The position numbers and the translations under genes are program-made. From a virus, in the IMG/VR virus record IMGVR_UViG_3300046820_003928, positions 1-64,000 of that record: a stretch of DNA of 64,000 nt, one strand, 5' to 3'. Below the pieces are notes generated by a model. That model was not told where the DNA came from, made no database searches, and saw nothing but the letters and a program-made list of their open reading frames with translations. Shown piece after piece: positions 57,634-64,000 of this stretch; position 1 is the stretch's first letter, and the number at the start of each line of letters is the position of its first letter.

Positions 57634-60600
57634 TCAAACGAACTCAACGCCTGCGTTTGTGATAATGAAATCAATGGCGATGTATTCAACAGCGCGCGTT
57701 GGAACGAGTAGAATTCTACCATTAAGCTTGTTTTGCTCAATGTCTACTGCCGTGTTGTTTGTCTCGTCCATTACAACTCGGAATGCCTCTATTCCGCTCT
57801 GGCTTTGCACCAGGGTCAGCTCAGATGTAAGCTGGTTTACAAATCTTGCTCTAACAGATGCTGTATTCTGCTCAAAGACGTACTGAAGTCCGATAACTCC
57901 GACTCGTCTTGCAAGCTCAATCAGCATTCTCATGACGTTTACCCTGTCAAGAGAAGACCTTGCAATCTGGAGCGTCTTCTGACCAAATATAACGAATCCT
58001 GCGCCCGGGAAAGACGTGATGGGATTGATTCTTGCATCATAAAGACTGTCGCGATCTGCACTTGTAAGGCGTGTTGCAAGCCCTGTAACGTCAGCAAGAG
58101 AGGCTCGATTAAATCCGGCAGGTGCATACCATGGGAATGCAAGTTTGTCGTTCTGAGCGATTGCACTAAGCGCTGCAACTGAGGCTGGGACTCGAATCCT
58201 TCTGCCCGATGTGCTATCGATTAGATTCACATCTGGGAAGTATGTTGCTGCATATCTGTTATCAATTCCGCGCCCGGAGAACGCCTGAATTGTATTTGAA
58301 ACATCTGGCATATCAGTTGCGTCAAATATTCTTACGTTATCATCGTCGTAGGTTGGGATATCCATCAGATAGAAACCCCTTGCATATTGACGTGTTCTTA
58401 GGAGCGCGTAGTTTGTGATATTTGAGTCTCGAATCCCTGGGATTGTTATTGTGTTTGATGTGGAGACAAGAGGATCAGTTATGATGCTAATGGCACCCCT
58501 GTATGAATTAACCACAGAGTTTGCTGCACCTGTTCCAAAGGTGTTAGAGGTTGAGCTAATGCTCAAGCCTATATTAGGAGACGTAATTGCCTTGCCGCCT
58601 GTCTCAGAAGATGACGCCCTATCATTGAGAGCTGCCATATCCCTGTCAAGGATGTTGGTTCCATCCCATCCGCCGTACATGACGTTAGTGAATTTCGTAA
58701 AATCAGAGAACCTATTGAACTGGTAAGGTGATGTCTGAGTTGCAAGGGTTGCAAATGTTATTCTTGCTGATTCTCCTGCAAATGTCACCTTGTAGTCGGG
58801 AGCAGCTGGTGTCGCACCTCTACCGTAGAAGGCATTGATCATGTGCTGATTTACTGTTCCTGTCACGTCTGCAACAGCACCGTTATAGAATGCAACCTTT
58901 GCAAGAGTAAACTTGTTTGAACCAAAGGTATCAGCCCCAGATCCAGAGGTAAGCATATCAAGCTTCTGAATTCCTGAGAATTTTACGATGTTTTCAAGAT
59001 ACTTGCTTCGGGATGTTCCTGAGTTTGGATCAAGTGCATCAGTGACGTTTTCTGTCTTGACTCCCCAATAGAGCTGTCCATTTACAGATTCCTGCACTCC
59101 TTCTTGCCCAAAGAATGAAGGTGAACTGTCTGTCTGACCTGTGGTCACCTTGAATCTCATTGGAACAGGAGGTAGAATCGATGCAGTAAGACTCGTTGTA
59201 GCGCCTACAAGACCGAGTCTACGCGTATTACCAGAGTCAATAAGCGTATCTGATGTCTTAACAACAGGCAGACCAGTAAATCCGAAAGGAAGAGCTGCAG
59301 CTGGGACGTTTCCTGATTCAACGAGGCTATTCATTACGACTCGAACAAACCTTGAATTGTTCGGGAATCGACCTGAGGTAATGAATCTGCGCTCAGATTC
59401 AGATGCTGCATCAAAATTAAAGTATCTGCGTCTATCTCCGATCACCTTCGCAATATACCTGTCACTTGCAGGATTTAGATCGCACAAGGGGAACTGCTCA
59501 AGAATTCGAACGTCTGTATCGGAATCATAGAAGTCTCTAACAAGAACCGTAAATGTTCCATACGGATTTGCTGGATCGTCTGAACGACGCAGGTTTGAAA
59601 TAGAGATCTTAAACTTGAGGCTTGTGTCAATTCCGGATCCAATCGTCTCAACGTGGAAGAGCTCGTATTCCTTGTCGACGAATGGCTGGCTGATGAAGGG
59701 TGTTGTTCTTGCAGCCTGGAATCTTGCATCAAACTTTCCAAAACCTCTGACAAAGGGAAGCGAGGCATCACCCGTAGCTGAGGTTGAATTAGATCCGCTG
59801 ACAATTGCTACAGATCCCGCTGAGACAGTGGGTGTGGCAATTGCTGTATCGACTGGGTAGTCAGCATAAAGAAGGTGCTCACTAGACTGAAACATCTCAG
59901 GAGACGTGTTCAGAACATTAGAGATGTAGTTGCTGCTGTTTGGATCTAGAGATGCTGTATAGATTCTTAGTCCCGTATATCCATCTGCCGTTCCGAATCC
60001 GGGAGCTGAGCTCGAAATGACGATCTTAAAGTTGCCAGCGGCACTTGGCGTGGCAAGATCGTCAGAGGCATTTGAAGGTGAATATGCAACTGTGTTATCA
60101 AGAACCTGGACGCGAGTTCCGGATGCAAGCAGCAGCATGCCTCTCACAAGGTTAACAACGGAGCTTGGCGAGGCTCCCGGGAAAGAGCTGTTCTGTGTGA
60201 ATATCGGATAGGCAGCTTCGGCGTCCTGGAGCGTGTGCTTTCCTACGATAAACTGAACAAAGCCCTTGCCTCTAAGATCTGTTGCACTTGCTGCTGATCC
60301 AGAGATAACAAATCCTGCACCTACTGTCGTTCCCTTCGTCTGTGTTGTAAGAGCATCTCCAGACGATGCATTTCCACCTGCACCAAGGACTCTTACGAAG
60401 GTTAGTGCATCTCCGCTTTTGAAATATTCCTGTGCAGCATAGTATGCAGGTGATCGATCGTTCTCAACATCTCCGAAAATGGTTGTGAACTCACTCAACG
60501 ATGTTATAGTCGTTGGAACAAATGCAGGTCCCATAGGAGACGTTCCAATCAGTCCCGCAGGTGTGCCCGCGACTCCAGGAGTCGGCCCACTCTGATCTAT

Positions 60601-60645
60601 TTCAGCCTCAAAAAATCCGGGAGACCGATAGGTTACTTCTGCCAT
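57634..60645 (-). CDS. Tail sheath protein, paralogue 1
   Basis: SPG...EID.S, GPAFVP, PWYAPAG.NR, FGQKTL, LDRVNV.R, PTRAVEYI.IDF; ATG 60645 with GGAG RBS. Confidence 0.95.
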   Translation of the reverse strand: MAEVTYRSPGFFEAEIDQSGPTPGVAGTPAGLIGTSPMGPAFVPTTITSLSEFTTIFGDVENDRSPAYYAAQEYFKSGDALTFVRVLGAGGNASSGDALTTQTKGTTVGAGFVISGSAASATDLRGKGFVQFIVGKHTLQDAEAAYPIFTQNSSFPGASPSSVVNLVRGMLLLASGTRVQVLDNTVAYSPSNASDDLATPSAAGNFKIVISSSAPGFGTADGYTGLRIYTASLDPNSSNYISNVLNTSPEMFQSSEHLLYADYPVDTAIATPTVSAGSVAIVSGSNSTSATGDASLPFVRGFGKFDARFQAARTTPFISQPFVDKEYELFHVETIGSGIDTSLKFKISISNLRRSDDPANPYGTFTVLVRDFYDSDTDVRILEQFPLCDLNPASDRYIAKVIGDRRRYFNFDAASESERRFITSGRFPNNSRFVRVVMNSLVESGNVPAAALPFGFTGLPVVKTSDTLIDSGNTRRLGLVGATTSLTASILPPVPMRFKVTTGQTDSSPSFFGQEGVQESVNGQLYWGVKTENVTDALDPNSGTSRSKYLENIVKFSGIQKLDMLTSGSGADTFGSNKFTLAKVAFYNGAVADVTGTVNQHMINAFYGRGATPAAPDYKVTFAGESARITFATLATQTSPYQFNRFSDFTKFTNVMYGGWDGTNILDRDMAALNDRASSSETGGKAITSPNIGLSISSTSNTFGTGAANSVVNSYRGAISIITDPLVSTSNTITIPGIRDSNITNYALLRTRQYARGFYLMDIPTYDDDNVRIFDATDMPDVSNTIQAFSGRGIDNRYAATYFPDVNLIDSTSGRRIRVPASVAALSAIAQNDKLAFPWYAPAGFNRASLADVTGLATRLTSADRDSLYDARINPITSFPGAGFVIFGQKTLQIARSSLDRVNVMRMLIELARRVGVIGLQYVFEQNTASVRARFVNQLTSELTLVQSQSGIEAFRVVMDETNNTAVDIEQNKLNGRILLVPTRAVEYIAIDFIITNAGVEFV

Positions 60646-60699
60646 TTTCACTCCAAGTGCATTCTTAGCAAATACATATCACGGAAAGCAATGAAGTGA

Positions 60700-61881
60700 C
60701 TAATTCTTGGTAGTCTCTATCTTCTTAATTATTCTTCCCGGATCTATGTCTTCTCCTTGTCTCGGAGATCTTTCAATAAGATTATCATATTTTGCAGGAT
60801 CTCCCACGGCAGTTTTAATAATCTCTTCACCTCTATCAGATGCCATATATCCAGAATTATCAAGAATTTCAACATCACTAAGAACGAATCTGTTCACACG
60901 TCCAACAGCAGTTTCAACAGTAGGAGGTTCTGCTACTTGCTGTCTAATCTCATATGTGTCAAACACAACGTCAGGAGCTGTCTGGAACACTCTTGTCGGT
61001 GTCCCTAGGCCAGGATGACGCGGGGCTAGAATATAGGCAGGAACGCGAACAGAGAATGAGTATCGTATAATTCTTTCAGTAGCTGTAAAGTTCTCGAAGT
61101 TATCTCCAGATGTGAGAGTTCCCATTAAGAACGCTGTGAATGTGAAACCCTTGCTAGACTTAATCTGGAACTCTCTCCCTTGCCCGCTCGTCTTAATGAG
61201 CATTGTCTCAATAAGCTGGTTCATCTGGGACATGTATTGAGTCCAAAATGTTATTTCGTAATTGAGCTGAACAAAGACAGGATAGGGAATTGTGATAACT
61301 TCAAAAATGTTATTATTGGGATTGTTTTCAAGCGCAAAGTTTAATTTTCCGGTTCCATACGCAATCCCGGGTCCGTTTCTTCTTGAAGCAACTGTTCCTG
61401 GAACCGCTCCGTATCCCGGTGAGGTGCTAGTATCAAGAAAGTTCTTTCTAGCAGCAACATTATCTTGATTTTTAATAGAGAGACGATTGACAATGTTCTG
61501 GTAGTCTCGATCTGTTTCTGCCAGCCTCTTTCTTATGACGTAGTCAGTGTTCTGTCTGAAGGAGATGGCCACACCTCCCGCATCCGACTCTGTCTTAAAC
61601 CCTACATTGGTGCGCCTAACTGCTATCAGCGGAAGGATTAGAGCGTTGTTTTTATCTCTGATCGGCTTCTGCCTTCGAGTCAATACAAATCTTTCACCGG
61701 CAGCAAAGACAACCGGGACCTTTGTAGTCTGTTCATTGACATGAACTTCAAATGCTAGATCCTTGTCAAAGAGATCAAAAAGGGCCCGATCGACGTCTTC
61801 CATTCCGCAAGAAGGAAAGGAGAAGCTCTCGGGTACATTGTATCCTTCGTATCCTTTTTTAAGTGTCTCTTTAGGAGGCAT
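60700..61881 (-). CDS. Tail completion/terminator-like protein
   Basis: D.D.A, VPV......ER, ILPLI, P.P......Y....WT....MNQL.E; position upstream of the sheaths. Confidence 0.6.
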   Translation of the reverse strand: MPPKETLKKGYEGYNVPESFSFPSCGMEDVDRALFDLFDKDLAFEVHVNEQTTKVPVVFAAGERFVLTRRQKPIRDKNNALILPLIAVRRTNVGFKTESDAGGVAISFRQNTDYVIRKRLAETDRDYQNIVNRLSIKNQDNVAARKNFLDTSTSPGYGAVPGTVASRRNGPGIAYGTGKLNFALENNPNNNIFEVITIPYPVFVQLNYEITFWTQYMSQMNQLIETMLIKTSGQGREFQIKSSKGFTFTAFLMGTLTSGDNFENFTATERIIRYSFSVRVPAYILAPRHPGLGTPTRVFQTAPDVVFDTYEIRQQVAEPPTVETAVGRVNRFVLSDVEILDNSGYMASDRGEEIIKTAVGDPAKYDNLIERSPRQGEDIDPGRIIKKIETTKN

Positions 61882-61883
61882 GG

Positions 61884-62549
61884 CTATGACTCATCATAGA
61901 ACGAAGATCCAACATTGTCTGGGTCGCCAAGAAGTGACACCTCAGCCGGACCCGTAATCGGTGCATCAAGAACACCATTCTGTTGCAAAGCGCGGACATC
62001 CCCAGTAGCTCCCTGCTTGTTTTCAGAGAAGCCACGCTGCTGAACAAAGGTCTCTTGGACGGCGTCTGGATCTGAGTACCATTCTGACGTTGGTCCGAAT
62101 ATCTTTGACAAGAACTGTCCTTTTCTTGATTGCTTTCCTGTGATCGTGATGTAGCTTTTGTGTTCAATCTGGCCAAAAATTGTATCAGTTCTAGGGGCCT
62201 GTACGATCTCAAAGAACGTCTCACCGTAAGAGAAGAAATCTCCTTCTACAAGATCAATCTTTTTATCGATAAGATCTCTAACCTGAACATAGCACTCAAC
62301 TGTGTAGTACTCTTCTGATCCGAACTTGTTAGTTGAAATGGCCTGGGGTGAATACTTTACAAGACACTCAAGCTCAATTGGTGTCTCAAATATCTTGTCA
62401 GGTGCTTCTTCATAGACGTCGTGAACTCGCGTCTTGATCTCGTTGATAGAGAAATAGTAGATCTTCTGACCGATTACGTCCTTAATGAGCTCTTTGGCGA
62501 TGTCATTTATGAAGTTGATCTCTCTGGGTGTAACAAAAAGTCTTGACAT
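61884..62549 (-). CDS. Neck/head-closure protein (T4 gp14-like)
   Basis: ELI..VIGQ.I.Y, VY.E, EGDF, FEI; position. Confidence 0.6.
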   Translation of the reverse strand: MSRLFVTPREINFINDIAKELIKDVIGQKIYYFSINEIKTRVHDVYEEAPDKIFETPIELECLVKYSPQAISTNKFGSEEYYTVECYVQVRDLIDKKIDLVEGDFFSYGETFFEIVQAPRTDTIFGQIEHKSYITITGKQSRKGQFLSKIFGPTSEWYSDPDAVQETFVQQRGFSENKQGATGDVRALQQNGVLDAPITGPAEVSLLGDPDNVGSSFYDES

Positions 62550-62561
62550 GTAATCCTCCTG

Positions 62562-63749
62562 TTATCCCATGAAGATTGCTTTGCCATTAGGGACTGGTAT
62601 CTTGGCAAGCTGCTTTGTTAGATTTTCTGCCCGAGTAGCTGCTGTCTCAATTAGCTTGTCATAGGTAAGTGTATCAAGCATCTCTCTAAGCTTTGTATTT
62701 AGGTTTGTCTTGTCTTCTCTTCCACGAGTAATCAGATCTGAGCCGTTCAGGGTTACAGTTCCTCCCGGGATTGGAAGTGTTCCAAATTTATTTCTAATGA
62801 GACCAAGCTGTTCCATGCAGAGAGCAAGCGTATATTGCCTAATCCATTGCTTGCCCATGCTATTTACACGTGTGTAGTCAACATTTCCGAAAGGAATATT
62901 TGAGAGATTGGACACGCCGTTTGTGGATTGATCTTCATAGTCTGGATTGAGCGGGTTTGCGTAAAAGCGAACTCTCACCCAGAGCTTATTTGGGACCTCG
63001 TTCAAGGAAGGGGTCGGATAGATTCGAAGATTTGTTCCGATTACCTTGTAGGAATAGTTCGATCTCCTGACTCTGTTTGAGATGTCAAGCATTCCCGCCC
63101 TTAGTACGTCTTCAAAGACAGGCAAGACGTAAAATATTGTCTCTGGGGTGAAGGATTCAAATGAAAAAGCGTTGTTCAGATAGTTGATAGCCGAAGTTGT
63201 ATCGAAGAATCGATAGGCTGCCTGCGGGCTGAAGTGAAAGACCTCCATTATCCTCATCTTTGTCTTGGGAGATTCATTGTGACTCCCGCTAAAGAGAGCT
63301 ATCCCGTCTCCGCCAAGAAGGTCATTGTAGAGGTTATAGTCCTGCTGACCAGGCTTAAGGGTTATGGACCCTGAGTAGTGATTGTATGATCCTCCGAGAC
63401 CTGCCTCTGTTGCATAGGGCTCAGCAAATCTTGCAAGATATTCAAGGCTCTCTCTTGGCATCTTGTTTGACGCCTCATCTCCAGATCCCGTGTTAAAACC
63501 GAGATATGTAAGAAGTTGAGATTTTGCCTGGTATTGATTTAGTATGTTACCATACTCCAGGGTGGCCTCTTCGAAGTTTCCCCAGACCATCTTTTTCGTG
63601 AGCTCAACAGAAAGAACGTCGTCTCCAAGCTTTCTCTTGACAAAGACAACCATTTTATCCGCATCAGTCTGGAAGACAGAGTCTAAATCGAATATCCCGA
63701 AAGGGGTAGGATTCAGGGTTGTGCTAAAAATTGACATTTGCTCACCCAC
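62562..63749 (-). CDS. Neck adaptor protein (T4 gp13-like)
   Basis: RKLG...VEL, WIRQYTLAL..E.LG.IR.KF..LPIPG..VTLNG..L. Confidence 0.75.
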   Translation of the reverse strand: MGEQMSIFSTTLNPTPFGIFDLDSVFQTDADKMVVFVKRKLGDDVLSVELTKKMVWGNFEEATLEYGNILNQYQAKSQLLTYLGFNTGSGDEASNKMPRESLEYLARFAEPYATEAGLGGSYNHYSGSITLKPGQQDYNLYNDLLGGDGIALFSGSHNESPKTKMRIMEVFHFSPQAAYRFFDTTSAINYLNNAFSFESFTPETIFYVLPVFEDVLRAGMLDISNRVRRSNYSYKVIGTNLRIYPTPSLNEVPNKLWVRVRFYANPLNPDYEDQSTNGVSNLSNIPFGNVDYTRVNSMGKQWIRQYTLALCMEQLGLIRNKFGTLPIPGGTVTLNGSDLITRGREDKTNLNTKLREMLDTLTYDKLIETAATRAENLTKQLAKIPVPNGKAIFMG

Positions 63750-63780
63750 ATTCTAGAAGTAAATAGGCTGCAAACGCAAG

Positions 63781-63808
63781 TCAAGCGCCCAAGATTTTGG
63801 ACGCTTGA
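63781..63808 (-). terminator. Hairpin, probable terminator
   Basis: TCAAGCGTCCAA/TTGGGCGCTTGA stem downstream of the partial ORF. Confidence 0.55.
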
Positions 63809-63817
63809 TCTATAATG

Positions 63818-64000
63818 CTAAACTAGATCTTTTTCTGCAACAATTTCAAAGGATCCTGATTCCCATTTGACTTTCATCTTTCTTCCATCGGGATACTTTC
63901 CTATCCAGACGACAGTTCCTGACTTGCCACCCTTTTGAATGCTTGAACCGACAGTCAAGTGAACTGCTGTCTTTGTGCTGCTCTTTTTGGACTTTGGTGA
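63818..64000 (-). CDS. C-terminal end of a protein entering from outside the window
   Basis: Open frame ...LTVGSSIQKGGKSGTVVWIGKYPDGRKMKVKWESGSFEIVAEKDLV*. Confidence 0.65.
   Translation of the reverse strand, partial: SPKSKKSSTKTAVHLTVGSSIQKGGKSGTVVWIGKYPDGRKMKVKWESGSFEIVAEKDLV

Noticed and set aside
44256-63749. Bacterial contractile injection system (eCIS/tailocin), given two sheath genes
   Set aside because: Neck proteins and a full phage replication module on the same strand indicate a genuine phage

Overview
This 64 kb window comes from a large tailed dsDNA phage (jumbo myovirus-like). It is gene-dense, reads in the standard genetic code, and essentially every real gene lies on the minus strand. 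In transcription order (right to left) it holds four kinds of blocks. (1) A neck/tail block: three neck or tail-completion proteins, two tandem tail-sheath paralogues, tail tube, tail assembly chaperone with a probable programmed frameshift, tape measure and baseplate proteins. (2) A replication block: mini PolA-like polymerase, degenerate HD protein, SSB, RecA, 5'-3' nuclease, DnaB-like helicase, and a class II RNR with an HNH intein. (3) An auxiliary and nucleotide block: ClpP, glutamine synthetase II, ThyX, MBD4-like and Fpg glycosylases, GIY-YIG endonuclease, a dUTPase/MazG-HAD/ThyX-like cassette, fibre-like virion proteins, a J-domain protein and an NDT-family hydrolase. (4) An operon running dnaE, kinase/thymidylate-synthase-like fusion, NDP-sugar epimerase, TK, DHH and dCMP deaminase, followed by probable virion proteins (including SOD-like and PCD-like proteins), a second 5'-3' nuclease and a partial groEL. 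The best candidates for new biology are a dispersed putative modified-pyrimidine (probably cytosine) pathway, a +1/-2 frameshift in the tail chaperone, a two-class regulatory grammar (an ATANTTA late motif and sigma70-like promoters buried in hairpins), and enzymes carrying a putative capsid-targeting leader. No tRNA, rRNA or CRISPR array was seen. All calls come from reading motifs by eye; no database searches were run.
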